A stretch of DNA of 58,346 nucleotides. Origin: Candidatus Cloacimonadota bacterium. Its GTDB lineage: Bacteria; Cloacimonadota; Cloacimonadia; Cloacimonadales; TCS61. A model generated the notes under the pieces. That model was not told the origin of the DNA and searched no databases. It saw only the letters and a program-made list of their open reading frames with translations. Every line of letters begins with the position of its first letter. The first letter of the stretch is position 1. The position numbers and the translations under genes were made by a program. This document shows, in pieces, positions 38,602 through 48,536 of this stretch. The stretch lies in NCBI GenBank assembly GCA_018400535.1, contig JAGYMQ010000095.1, positions 1 through 58,346 on the forward strand, read 5' to 3'.

Positions 38602-39726
38602 TTAATATACAAGTTCATATTTTGGTTTCCAGTTACTAAATTTCTCTTTATCAGGTTTTAGGTTTTCGTCATAGAAGTCAAATCCAAACAAGTTAACTAT
38701 ATTTAGGATATTTTTAATTTCTTTTTCCGATAATCTTTTTTTCCAGGTAGCTAATTTATTGCCTCCTTGAATTACGTTAGAGTCATTTTTGGTAGTAGAA
38801 CTCGGGATTTGCAATACTTTTTCAATTTTTTTTGTTGATATATCCATATTTAACAAATTAAATATTTTCTTCAATTCGCTTACACCATCTATCACTAAAT
38901 CTTCATAAGTAACACAGAACCATGGATAAGGTTTTTTTGCTGAAAGAGGATGAAGCATGTCTAACGACCATGTAAAAGCCAGATGCTTTTCTGGAGTATC
39001 TATTTCTATAAGAATTCTTTTAATCCACTGATTTTTTTTCAATATAGCTTTATTCACAACTGGGAACTTAATATTATTTTCTTCTTTAGCATCATCCCAT
39101 CGCCCATGAAAAAGCTGCGAGGCTACAACTGCGCAGGGATGTCTGACTAATAGAATATAAAGTGCAATTTCAAAATTTTTGGTTAAATATCTTAGTAATC
39201 TATGAGATCTAACTGTTTTAATAACTAGATGTTTCTTATTCTTAATTTTATCAGTGATGAAATTTAAGTATTCAAATTTCTTTAAAACTAGTTTAATTGA
39301 ATCTACTATTAAATTTAAATTTTCTTTTGTGGAAAGATTCGCGTATTTTAATGGAATATAATACAAATTTGGAACCTGACCTGTCAAAATTTCATAAAAA
39401 AAAGATTCGAATTTTTGTTCTTTCATTTGGGGATTTATAAATTGCCTCGAATTAAAATTCAGTTTAGTCAATTGTGCATTAGCGTTACCATTGAAACATA
39501 ATGGTTCCCAAACTCCTAAAGATTCATCAATAAGTTCTAATAATGTTTCAAAAAGCCAAGTAGAGCCACCACGAGGTACTGCTGATATAAAAATTGTGTT
39601 ACCTATATCATAATTTCTAGCATATTTTTTCCCCAATTTCTTAAGCTGATAAGATTTTAATCTTGATAAGAAATTCTTATTCAGTTTACGTTTAATATCA
39701 TACTTATCATAATTGAAATTATCCAT
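38602..39726 (-). CDS. PAPS-dependent sulfotransferase
   Basis: 5'-PSB loop PRGGSTWL, EP, 3'-PB RHPCAVVAS, YEDLV. Confidence 0.85.
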   Translation of the reverse strand: MDNFNYDKYDIKRKLNKNFLSRLKSYQLKKLGKKYARNYDIGNTIFISAVPRGGSTWLFETLLELIDESLGVWEPLCFNGNANAQLTKLNFNSRQFINPQMKEQKFESFFYEILTGQVPNLYYIPLKYANLSTKENLNLIVDSIKLVLKKFEYLNFITDKIKNKKHLVIKTVRSHRLLRYLTKNFEIALYILLVRHPCAVVASQLFHGRWDDAKEENNIKFPVVNKAILKKNQWIKRILIEIDTPEKHLAFTWSLDMLHPLSAKKPYPWFCVTYEDLVIDGVSELKKIFNLLNMDISTKKIEKVLQIPSSTTKNDSNVIQGGNKLATWKKRLSEKEIKNILNIVNLFGFDFYDENLKPDKEKFSNWKPKYELVY

Positions 39727-39747
39727 TATGAATTACCTTTAACATAT

Positions 39748-40932
39748 TTATTTTAGAATTCCTTCATACAAATCTATCAATTCTGACTCTTTATTTTTAT
39801 ATTTACTTTGAACAGAAAAAATAGAGTTAGATTTTATCCTATTATAAAGTATCATATTTTGGAACAAGTTAACAATATTCATATAAATACCTACTGATTT
39901 TTTTGTTTCAACTAAAATTCCATTTTTATTATTCTCGATGATTTGCGAAGGACCTTGAGTTCTGGTGGCGATCGATGGTACACCACATGCCATTGCTTCA
40001 ACTAAAGCCAATCCGAAAGCTTCATTTAAAGATGGTAATACAAAAACATCTGCAGCTCTGTAATAATCTGCCAGCTTATTTTGAGGAAGGTGATCAACAA
40101 GCTTAACTTTATTTTCAATTTCATATTCTTTTATCAGTTTTAAATAGGTTTTTTTTAATGCTCCTTTACCAACCAAAATAAGTAAACTATTCGGAAATTC
40201 TTTCTTAATTCTTCTCATTGCTTGAAGCAAATATTTATGCCCTTTGTCTGTAATGAAATTTCCCACTGATAAAATAATTTTCAAATCACTTGGAAGTTGC
40301 AAATTTCTTCTTGCTTCATTTTTAGGGCCAGCGTGAAACAATTCATGATTATAACTATTTTCTATCATAACCACATTAGCTTCAGGAAAAACGCTTTGGA
40401 AATGCAAGGTGAATTTATGTGAAACACAAACAATCTTTTTTGCCTTTTGTACTGTCTTTTTTATGAGAACGCGTTCTTTTTCCCTATATACATTACCCCT
40501 TGTAAGCTCATGATCTTTAGGATAAAGTCGATAAAAATCGAACCCATGTGACGATATTAAATAAGGAATTTTCAGTTCTTCTGCAAGATACATAGCAGCT
40601 GTTCCTGTTGGAAAAAGGGTATGAGCATGTATGAGATCAAATTTTTGATTTCTAATTAGTTTTTGAATTTTTTTTGAAATTTGAATTGGATAAAATTCTG
40701 ATAACATATTTTGAGGTAATCCATAATAAAATATTTTTTTTTGCCTTTCAGCAGGAATTTCCGAACTTAATCGGGGATTTTTAAAATTTTGGCGATAGGC
40801 TGATTTCCTCAAATATAAATATAAATTTATCGGAAAAATAGTAAAAGAATCAACATTATATTTACTTAATTTACAAATCTGGTTGTGAATAAATGAATTA
40901 GAATAATATGGAGAAATGTATAAAACTTTCAT
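39748..40932 (-). CDS. GT4 glycosyltransferase (TuaC-like)
   Basis: DLIHAH, HGFD, KGH, PSLNEAFGLALVEAMACG. Confidence 0.9.
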   Translation of the reverse strand: MKVLYISPYYSNSFIHNQICKLSKYNVDSFTIFPINLYLYLRKSAYRQNFKNPRLSSEIPAERQKKIFYYGLPQNMLSEFYPIQISKKIQKLIRNQKFDLIHAHTLFPTGTAAMYLAEELKIPYLISSHGFDFYRLYPKDHELTRGNVYREKERVLIKKTVQKAKKIVCVSHKFTLHFQSVFPEANVVMIENSYNHELFHAGPKNEARRNLQLPSDLKIILSVGNFITDKGHKYLLQAMRRIKKEFPNSLLILVGKGALKKTYLKLIKEYEIENKVKLVDHLPQNKLADYYRAADVFVLPSLNEAFGLALVEAMACGVPSIATRTQGPSQIIENNKNGILVETKKSVGIYMNIVNLFQNMILYNRIKSNSIFSVQSKYKNKESELIDLYEGILK

Positions 40933-40984
40933 TTTATCACCATACTTGTTGAAATGTTCGTTGAATTTTTCACATTGATATCTT

Positions 40985-42190
40985 CTAACATATTCTATAC
41001 ATACCTCTTAGAATTGGTAACGTGAACACATTTCCCTTTGATGAATATCTACGATTATCTGGTGTAATAACAATTTCAGAATTCTCGATCTGTAATGATA
41101 TTTCATCGGCATTATATGGTATATTATCAAAATGGAACTTGTTATTTTTCTGATTCAATATCATTTTTTCTGAAATATTTTTATACATATATATCTCAGA
41201 AATTGTAGCATTCCATACATGTTTTTTTTCCAAATAATATAATATTTTAGTTAAACTTTTATTATCAGTAAAAATATTTGGTTCTTGTAATGATATGTGA
41301 TTTCTAGAAGGTGACATATGTTCAAAAATATTAATAATTTTGTTATTATTTAGTAAATAATCAATTTCTTTATAGAATCTATTTTCATAGTGAGTTTTAA
41401 GAAGTTTGATTACTTTCGATTTAAAGTTCTTTTTTTTCAAAATTATCGGGTTAAAAAGATTGCCTTGAAGTGTTGTTGGTATATCATAAATAGAATTTTT
41501 CCCAAATTTCTTTATTGAATAGTTGTCAGATTTAGACTCAATAGGACCATGAATGTATCTGTTATATACATTTTTTTTTAAAGCTCTGTTTTTATGAAAA
41601 TTAGCATATCTAGACCACCATTCAAATCCAGATTCTTCAATACTCTGATCACTGAATTCATTGGAAGCATAACCAGGATATTTCCCACCCTTTGGATACT
41701 CACCAATAACCTCTTTCATAATTTCTTTTCCATAGGAAATTCTATCTTTTGCTTCTTGCAGAGAAGTGAAGGTCTGCCATTCTTGGATATAATCATACCT
41801 TTCTTTGCCAGCAATACCATGATCTGTTCCATGATATGCTATTTCAAAACGAGGATTATTATGTATATTTCTAAAAAAATCTATAGTAGCTGCATCCGAA
41901 TTCAACATCTTGGAAATCATTGGTATATCAGAGTTATTGACTAATCCAGATCTTATACCAACTGGCACAAAGAATGTAACTTTAACATCGGGGAAGGGTT
42001 TTAGTAATTTGTTTATCAAATAATAAAATGCAGAATTCTTTCTATTCTTTGCATATCCCCAATCTTCTTCAGGTTCAATTTTACCATTTTTATTACGATC
42101 AACCCACACATTTGCAAGATCATCAATTCCCATTACAACTGGAGAAATAGCCCCATATTTCCATTTACAAATCTTTACTCTATTTCTCAT
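40985..42190 (-). CDS. CE4-like polysaccharide deacetylase (DUF2334-like)
   Basis: MGIDD, VTFFV, FEIAYHGTDH, KYPGY. Confidence 0.7.
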   Translation of the reverse strand: MRNRVKICKWKYGAISPVVMGIDDLANVWVDRNKNGKIEPEEDWGYAKNRKNSAFYYLINKLLKPFPDVKVTFFVPVGIRSGLVNNSDIPMISKMLNSDAATIDFFRNIHNNPRFEIAYHGTDHGIAGKERYDYIQEWQTFTSLQEAKDRISYGKEIMKEVIGEYPKGGKYPGYASNEFSDQSIEESGFEWWSRYANFHKNRALKKNVYNRYIHGPIESKSDNYSIKKFGKNSIYDIPTTLQGNLFNPIILKKKNFKSKVIKLLKTHYENRFYKEIDYLLNNNKIINIFEHMSPSRNHISLQEPNIFTDNKSLTKILYYLEKKHVWNATISEIYMYKNISEKMILNQKNNKFHFDNIPYNADEISLQIENSEIVITPDNRRYSSKGNVFTLPILRGMYRIC

Positions 42191-44165
42191 ATTTTTTTAT
42201 CCATATTTTTCTTATTTTTTTCACTATAACAATTCTAGAATATTTTTTAAAATTTGTTTTTTTAATACTTCTAATTGCTTTAAAATTATTTCTAGCAATT
42301 GCTATTTGTATATTTTTAATATTCTTTTCTAAACATAATTCGATTCTTTTTTGCATTACCACTTTATGCAATCCCTTTTTTCGGTATTCAGGAATAGTAA
42401 AAGCATCAAATAGAAAAGCTGTACCCTCTTTAACTCTATGATAATAATATTGAAATGTCTTTATATTTCCACTAAATACAATCCAAGCTAAATATACAAT
42501 TTTATCGTTTTCTTTATCAATAACAGCTAAGGGAGTATAAGACGTTGGATTCTTCAATCTAGGCAAAATATTCTTTTTATAATGATTACTTAATCTATAT
42601 TTTGAAAACTCTTTTAATTCTTTTGCATCCTCTAAATTTACTCTTCTCAAAGTATACTTAGCATCCAAGGAAATAGAATCTAATCTATCAAAATCATATA
42701 GTTTATAAATGTATCCTATCGACACAAATTTATAAAATATTTTGCTAATTTCATTTACAATAGCTTTCTCATAATTTTTATCGATAAGCAATAAGCGCCA
42801 ATTTGAATATAAATATACAGAAAAAAGAATTATCTTAGCCCAAAAAATAATATGTGATCCAAATGTTGTTTTTTCAATTAGTAAACCTATAAAATAAAAA
42901 ATTGAAGCATTTAAGACTAATAATAACCATAAGTTATAACTATAATTTACAAAAAAGTCTTTTTGTAATCTATTAATATTTAAGATCGCTTTCAAGATAA
43001 AAGCTACAATTGTTGCTATAGCTGCACCAATTATTCCAAACAATTTAATTAAAATAAAATTCAATAAAATATTAACAATAGCAGAAATTGTTGTATATTT
43101 TGGTAATACTTTTGTATTTTTTGTAATGTGAAAACCTGTGCCTGTAAATGCGCTTACACCAAAGGCAATATAAGCAATTCCTAAAGGAAATATCAAATAA
43201 ATCGCTCCCATATATTCAGGTTTTGCAAATAACATTAATACATAATCAATGAAATATGATATTGGTAAAATGAAGATAACAGACATTAAGATAAAAGTTG
43301 TTATCATAAAATTTAATCTATTTTTTACTAAGGGAATATCTTTGAGATTACTATATGCAAATGGAGACCAAGCCTTAGTTAACGGTTGAACCAGAAGTAA
43401 AGCGATAATCAAAGAAAACTTGTATGCAAATGCATAGATTCCTAGTTGTTCTTTGCCAAGCATAAATTTGATAAAAATATGATCAGATGAATTTAAAATC
43501 CAAAAAGAGAGAGCAGAAGGTATTAAATACACAGAAAAATTAAGAAACTTTTTTATTATTACGAAATTAAAATTGAATGCAAGATGTTTTAACCTTTTCA
43601 AAAAAACGAAATATACTATTAGTATAATTAAACCACTCGCAATCTGGCCATAGAAAACACTAATAATTCCTAGTTTTAGTATTACAACAAAAAAAATAAT
43701 AAAGCTTAGTTGAAGAATGGACTGAAGTATCTGTAATATAATAAACTTAAGTGCTTTTTTCTCTATTCTTAAGATTGATGAATTTAATTTTGTAAAGAAA
43801 AGAATAAATTGAGATGCGTATAAGACAAAATAAATCGTAGTATCTTTACTCTGGTTGAAGAATATAAGCTTGAAAAATAAAAAAAGAATAATTCCTAACA
43901 ATAGATTAAATATCAAAGAAAACCAATATGCCGATTGTATTATTCGTAATTTATTGGAATCATCATATTCATAATAGAAACGCACCAAAGCATCTGTAAT
44001 TTTTAGCCCCAGCACCCATGAAAGAATCATTCCCATAACCTGATAATAAGATAATTGACCAAAATCTTCTAAGCTGAAATTGGAGATATAAAGAGGGATT
44101 AACAAGAAATTTATACTTTTTAAAATGATAGTTCCTACTGAATAAATGACAGCTTGTTTTTTCAT
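42180..44165 (-). CDS. wzx: Wzx flippase fused to a C-terminal GNAT acetyltransferase
   Basis: Many TM helices with LIPLY/D.FI/LGIY/FGIIGAAIAT; soluble tail with FT.PEYRKKGL and N.KA motifs. Confidence 0.82.
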   Translation of the reverse strand: MKKQAVIYSVGTIILKSINFLLIPLYISNFSLEDFGQLSYYQVMGMILSWVLGLKITDALVRFYYEYDDSNKLRIIQSAYWFSLIFNLLLGIILFLFFKLIFFNQSKDTTIYFVLYASQFILFFTKLNSSILRIEKKALKFIILQILQSILQLSFIIFFVVILKLGIISVFYGQIASGLIILIVYFVFLKRLKHLAFNFNFVIIKKFLNFSVYLIPSALSFWILNSSDHIFIKFMLGKEQLGIYAFAYKFSLIIALLLVQPLTKAWSPFAYSNLKDIPLVKNRLNFMITTFILMSVIFILPISYFIDYVLMLFAKPEYMGAIYLIFPLGIAYIAFGVSAFTGTGFHITKNTKVLPKYTTISAIVNILLNFILIKLFGIIGAAIATIVAFILKAILNINRLQKDFFVNYSYNLWLLLVLNASIFYFIGLLIEKTTFGSHIIFWAKIILFSVYLYSNWRLLLIDKNYEKAIVNEISKIFYKFVSIGYIYKLYDFDRLDSISLDAKYTLRRVNLEDAKELKEFSKYRLSNHYKKNILPRLKNPTSYTPLAVIDKENDKIVYLAWIVFSGNIKTFQYYYHRVKEGTAFLFDAFTIPEYRKKGLHKVVMQKRIELCLEKNIKNIQIAIARNNFKAIRSIKKTNFKKYSRIVIVKKIRKIWIKKYEK

Positions 44166-44168
44166 TTA

Positions 44169-45260
44169 TTAAAAAATTCCCCAAAAAACTTTTTTAAGTA
44201 AATATATTTTTTTTAAGAATAATATTCTTTTGCAAATTACTGATTTACTATTTGGAAAATTTAATGAATATAATGGAATAAAGTCTCTTGTCCAAGTAAA
44301 TTTCCATTTATATCCTCCTGACCCCCAAAAATAGTTAATATTGTTTTGAGAACAATACTCCAAAACATGAGCCATTCTAATTTTATTTAAACGAAATTTG
44401 TAAAAGTCAGGATCGTAACCGGTATTCCAAGAAACTAAAGAATTTTTTTTTCTGAAAGCAATATTATATGATATAATTTTTTTATTAACTTCTAATCCAA
44501 ATATAAATATATTTTTTTTTGAACGTGGAAAAAGATCCTTAAAAAATTCCTTGATATCATCATCTAAAAAAAGATTTTTTCTATTGTTTCTACCAAATTT
44601 CTTTTCCAAAATTTTTTGCTTTTTAGTATATAGGCTTATGATTTCCTTAAATAAATCTAGAGTAATGCTTTCATTGTTATATACTTTAAATTTGTAGTCA
44701 TATTTTTCTAATTTATTTTTCAAATTGTTAATATTTTTTGGAAGAATAGTTCTAAAATAAGATTGATTATTCAATTTAGGTTCTGGAAAATATGGCATTT
44801 CATTTTTAAACTCTAAGTATTCATTATATTCATGTGATTTTAAGTATTGAAATAAATCAGTCCGAGAATCTATATTTGCAAGAAAAAGGGTATCCCATCT
44901 TTCGGATTTGTTTTGTATTACTTTTAGTATTTCCTTAACAATTGTTTTCTTTTTAGTATTATCTGCATTTATTACAAAATTTAGAGTATCTCCAAATCCT
45001 AAAAATCTCAATTGATTATATTTAATAAATTTTCTATTAAAATATTTTATATACAAAGGGGCAATTCCAACTATTTCATTTTGTTGATATATTAAAATAA
45101 TGAATAGCGCATCATTTTTACTTTTATTGTGTTTCCACCATAAATAATTATAATCAAAAGAAGAAAAGAAAGAACAATCAGTATCCTTTTGATACAAATT
45201 ATTCCATACCTCCATCAGATCCATAAAATCAGAATCGATTGTAATAACTTTACTCTTCAT
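44169..45260 (-). CDS. GNAT acetyltransferase, BcsL/CelD (Acetyltransf_6) type
   Basis: WNNL...FFSSFDY..LWW, VGIAPL, GYDPDF, YKWKFTW. Confidence 0.78.
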   Translation of the reverse strand: MKSKVITIDSDFMDLMEVWNNLYQKDTDCSFFSSFDYNYLWWKHNKSKNDALFIILIYQQNEIVGIAPLYIKYFNRKFIKYNQLRFLGFGDTLNFVINADNTKKKTIVKEILKVIQNKSERWDTLFLANIDSRTDLFQYLKSHEYNEYLEFKNEMPYFPEPKLNNQSYFRTILPKNINNLKNKLEKYDYKFKVYNNESITLDLFKEIISLYTKKQKILEKKFGRNNRKNLFLDDDIKEFFKDLFPRSKKNIFIFGLEVNKKIISYNIAFRKKNSLVSWNTGYDPDFYKFRLNKIRMAHVLEYCSQNNINYFWGSGGYKWKFTWTRDFIPLYSLNFPNSKSVICKRILFLKKIYLLKKVFWGIF

Positions 45261-45267
45261 ACAATCA

Positions 45268-46542
45268 TTAATCCCTAAATTTTTTTATCAATCCCAAGTT
45301 CACCCAAAATAATAAAGCAACCGAGAATTGTGCAATAAAAATATCTGTAATACCTGCGAATAATAGACAGATAAAACCAATATTAGCAAATTGAACTAAT
45401 TGAGCATATTTTTTATTATTACTTCCCCTTTTAATATTCCTATATAAATTTCGAAGTATCAAATTAAAATAACCAAATGTTCCGAAAATCCCCGTAGCTA
45501 CAAATATATGAAAAAAAAGATTATGTGGATGAATCACCCAAAGATATTCATTTAAGTTATTTTTATAAAAATTATAAAAACCATCAAAACCAATACCTGT
45601 TAACCAGTTTTTTGAAATAATTATAATTGAATTATACCAAGCCAGATATCTTAACATCATTGAACTATCTACTATATTAGAAATTTTTAGTCTATCCTTA
45701 AAACTACTTGGTAGAAAAAAAATTAATAAAATTCCTAGAACGAAAGAAAGAAACAATAATTTCCAATCCCGTTTAATGAATATAATAATTAATAAAATAC
45801 CAAATCCAAAAGCTAACAAAGCCATCCTTGTATAAGTGAAGATACTACCCATCAAGATTAATAATGTAGTAAGTAAATAGAAATACTTTTCAATATTTTT
45901 TTTTGTGTAAAAAAAAAATCCTAAACTAATGAAAAAGAGAAAAATATAGAACCCATTTATTGTCATTGCCGTAACCCAGAGAGACCCAATTCTTTCATTT
46001 GGATTATTTAAAGCAATTATAATCCCAATAATTCCTACTAAAGACGCAATCAATACTTCTATTTTAAAAATTATAACAATTTGTTTCCTTTTGATTGATA
46101 AAAAACCAATAAGAACATATAGACTTATTGGTATAATAAAAGTCTGCAAACTCTTCGATATTCCCATCATCAAAGAAGAAGAATTGAAAAAACCAAAAAA
46201 ACTACCGATAGCGATACAAACCAATGAAATATAATCTATATTCTCATATTTCTTAATTTGTAAAATAAATATTAAAAGAAAGATAAATACTATGCTCCAA
46301 TAAACATATATATTTGGTTTTAAAAAAAATAGTGAAAAAATTATCAGAAAAGAATAGAGTTTAAAATCATAAATTGTAAAATATAGAATAAACATCGTAG
46401 CGATAAGAAAAAGCTTAATAAATAAAGAAAACTCAAACCCATTTAGAATAAGAGTTTCAGAGATAGGTAGAATTACTAATGCTAATAATAAACTAAATAA
46501 AAAGATTATTATTTTTTTTTTATCATCCAAACAAACTTTCAT
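45268..46542 (-). CDS. Wzy polymerase / O-antigen ligase family protein
   Basis: Polytopic; TYTR, R...W, GIG..GF, HPHNLF; next to wzz. Confidence 0.82.
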   Translation of the reverse strand: MKVCLDDKKKIIIFLFSLLLALVILPISETLILNGFEFSLFIKLFLIATMFILYFTIYDFKLYSFLIIFSLFFLKPNIYVYWSIVFIFLLIFILQIKKYENIDYISLVCIAIGSFFGFFNSSSLMMGISKSLQTFIIPISLYVLIGFLSIKRKQIVIIFKIEVLIASLVGIIGIIIALNNPNERIGSLWVTAMTINGFYIFLFFISLGFFFYTKKNIEKYFYLLTTLLILMGSIFTYTRMALLAFGFGILLIIIFIKRDWKLLFLSFVLGILLIFFLPSSFKDRLKISNIVDSSMMLRYLAWYNSIIIISKNWLTGIGFDGFYNFYKNNLNEYLWVIHPHNLFFHIFVATGIFGTFGYFNLILRNLYRNIKRGSNNKKYAQLVQFANIGFICLLFAGITDIFIAQFSVALLFWVNLGLIKKFRD

Positions 46543-47683
46543 ATAATAACTTTATCTTATCTTTTTTGGTTGAAAGAACTTTATTAATAATAATAAGAAA
46601 ACAACTAAAAACAAATGCTAGTGTAAAAGATAGTATACACATGAATCCTCTTTTTGGCCAGGTTCTTAGACCAGAAGGAATTGCCGAATCAATTATATTA
46701 ATAGTTTGTGTATCACGCAATTCTTGAAGCTTTGCTATCTCGTATTGAGGATAAACTGTTTCATATACTTTCTTCAAAATCTCCAATTTTGTCATTAACA
46801 ATGTGTATTTTTGAGATAAATTAGGAATACTATCAAGTGGTATTTGATAATTAATAATAGAATTCTTGCCAGTTTCAATTTTCTTTATTTGTTTTATCAA
46901 TTCATCGGTTTTTAATTCATACATTTTGCTTTGATTTGAATCTGTTTTTAAATATGATTTAGATAATTGTAACTTGATATCTTCTTCCATATATTGTGAA
47001 ACTAATTCTGTATAAGAATTTAACATTGGAGGCAATTGACTTTCTAATTCCAAAACATTATATTTCTGCTGAAATTCTTTGAGCTCTTCTGTATATTTAA
47101 CTAATTGGTCGTTTATCTCGCTTATCCTTTTTTCCAGAAATTGTCTTTCTTCTTTCCCTTTTGTCATTCTAACATTTTGTAAATAATCTTCCAATTCTCT
47201 GACTAAATAATTTGCAATATCAGCCGAAAGTTCTCTATTCTTTGTAATAATACTGATGGAAAATATCCCCGTCTCTTGATCTAATTCAACAGATAAAATT
47301 TCTTCCCTAAAGGTTTTTAAGGTTGTTTCTCGGACATAATAAGGATCTTCGTGCTCAATTTCAAAATAATCAATAAGATCAAATTTATCTATAACAGGTT
47401 CTAAAAAAGTTCTACTTTTAATTACGTCTATCAATTCACTCTGTTCTTGAGAACCACCTAATAATGAAGATATATCACCACTCATTATTGAACTGAACAT
47501 TCCAATTTCCGAATTATTTGATATTGTAGGTTTAAAAGTTGCTGTCGATGTCCATTTTTCCGGCACCACCAAGCTATATATCACCGCTGCAATACTCACG
47601 ATCAAAGTCGTGATAATTATAAATTTTTTATGTTTCGCCAATATGATCAATATATCCAGAATATCTATTTCATTCTTTTCCAT
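46523..47683 (-). CDS. wzz: Wzz/GumC-like chain-length determinant
   Basis: EIDILD.., two TM helices, coiled coil, IID.A.P...WPKR; start moved to ATG 47683 behind GAGG. Confidence 0.85.
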   Translation of the reverse strand: MEKNEIDILDILIILAKHKKFIIITTLIVSIAAVIYSLVVPEKWTSTATFKPTISNNSEIGMFSSIMSGDISSLLGGSQEQSELIDVIKSRTFLEPVIDKFDLIDYFEIEHEDPYYVRETTLKTFREEILSVELDQETGIFSISIITKNRELSADIANYLVRELEDYLQNVRMTKGKEERQFLEKRISEINDQLVKYTEELKEFQQKYNVLELESQLPPMLNSYTELVSQYMEEDIKLQLSKSYLKTDSNQSKMYELKTDELIKQIKKIETGKNSIINYQIPLDSIPNLSQKYTLLMTKLEILKKVYETVYPQYEIAKLQELRDTQTINIIDSAIPSGLRTWPKRGFMCILSFTLAFVFSCFLIIINKVLSTKKDKIKLLYESLFG

Positions 47684-47691
47684 AGCGTTCC

Positions 47692-48453
47692 TCAATTTAT
47701 TTCTATCCCGATCGGGCAATGATCACTGCCCATAATACTTTGTTTAATAAATGCGTCCTTCACTTTCGGCATAAACCCTTTATTCACAAAAAAATAATCG
47801 ATGCGCCAGCCGATATTTCTGCGACGTGCACCGAAACGGTAAGTCCACCAGGAATATTGCTCCGGTTCTTGATTGTATTCCCGAAAAGTATCAATCCAGT
47901 CATTTTCCACCAATTTATCCAGCCAGGCACGTTCGATCGGTAGGAACCCTGAAGTATCTTCATTATCTTTGGGATTTGCCAGGTCGATCTCTTTATGCGC
48001 TGTGTTGTAATCTCCGCAAACGACCACGTTTTTTCCTTCCTCACGCAATTTCTGCATCAGTTCGAACATCTTATCATAATAATTCAATTTATATTGCAAG
48101 CGTTCTTCATTCATTTTCCCATTTGGAAAATAGCAATTTATAAGCACAAAATCCTTATAATGCAAAATAAGTAATCTGCCTTCTTTATCGTAAGCCGGAT
48201 CTCCGATGGAGAATTCAACTTTTTCCGGTTCCAATTTAGAAAATACCGTTACTCCCGAATAACCTTTTTTCTCGGCAAAGTTCCAGTATTGGTGGTATTG
48301 AGTTTGATCTTTAATTTCTTGTGGTATCTGTTCTTCTTGCAGTTTAGTTTCCTGTATTGCCAGAATATCGGGATCTTCTTTACCCAAAAAATCCAGAAAA
48401 TTCTTTCGCACTACAGCACGCAAACCATTCACGTTCCAAGAATATATTTTCAA
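47692..48453 (-). CDS. xth: Exodeoxyribonuclease III
   Basis: SWNVNG, QETK, GDYN, WRIDY, SDHCP. Confidence 0.96.
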   Translation of the reverse strand: MKIYSWNVNGLRAVVRKNFLDFLGKEDPDILAIQETKLQEEQIPQEIKDQTQYHQYWNFAEKKGYSGVTVFSKLEPEKVEFSIGDPAYDKEGRLLILHYKDFVLINCYFPNGKMNEERLQYKLNYYDKMFELMQKLREEGKNVVVCGDYNTAHKEIDLANPKDNEDTSGFLPIERAWLDKLVENDWIDTFREYNQEPEQYSWWTYRFGARRRNIGWRIDYFFVNKGFMPKVKDAFIKQSIMGSDHCPIGIEIN

Positions 48454-48482
48454 GAAAATCTCCTTAACAAACTTTTTTGAAT

Positions 48483-48511
48483 CAAAAAAGTTTTAGATAA
48501 TACAACGTCAA
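48483..48511 (-). promoter_or_regulatory. Putative promoter TTGACG-N18-TTTTG for the xth-wzz-polysaccharide operon
   Basis: Recurring spacing; lies in the nth-xth gap. Confidence 0.5.
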
Positions 48512-48536
48512 ACAATTTTTTTGGGCAGAAATTTCA

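Larger units (their letters stand above)
35359..47560. other. Low-GC, GATC-poor variable polysaccharide cassette (approximate limits)
   Basis: Visibly more AT-rich than the flanks and lacking the host's GATC excess; boundaries estimated by eye. Confidence 0.65.

Noticed and set aside
47684-47719. Extended 5' starts in the ORF track (wzz 47719; also 31834, 32858, 10689, 26174, 54459, 58194)
   Set aside because: Downstream starts give better RBS placement, signal peptides or smaller overlaps.
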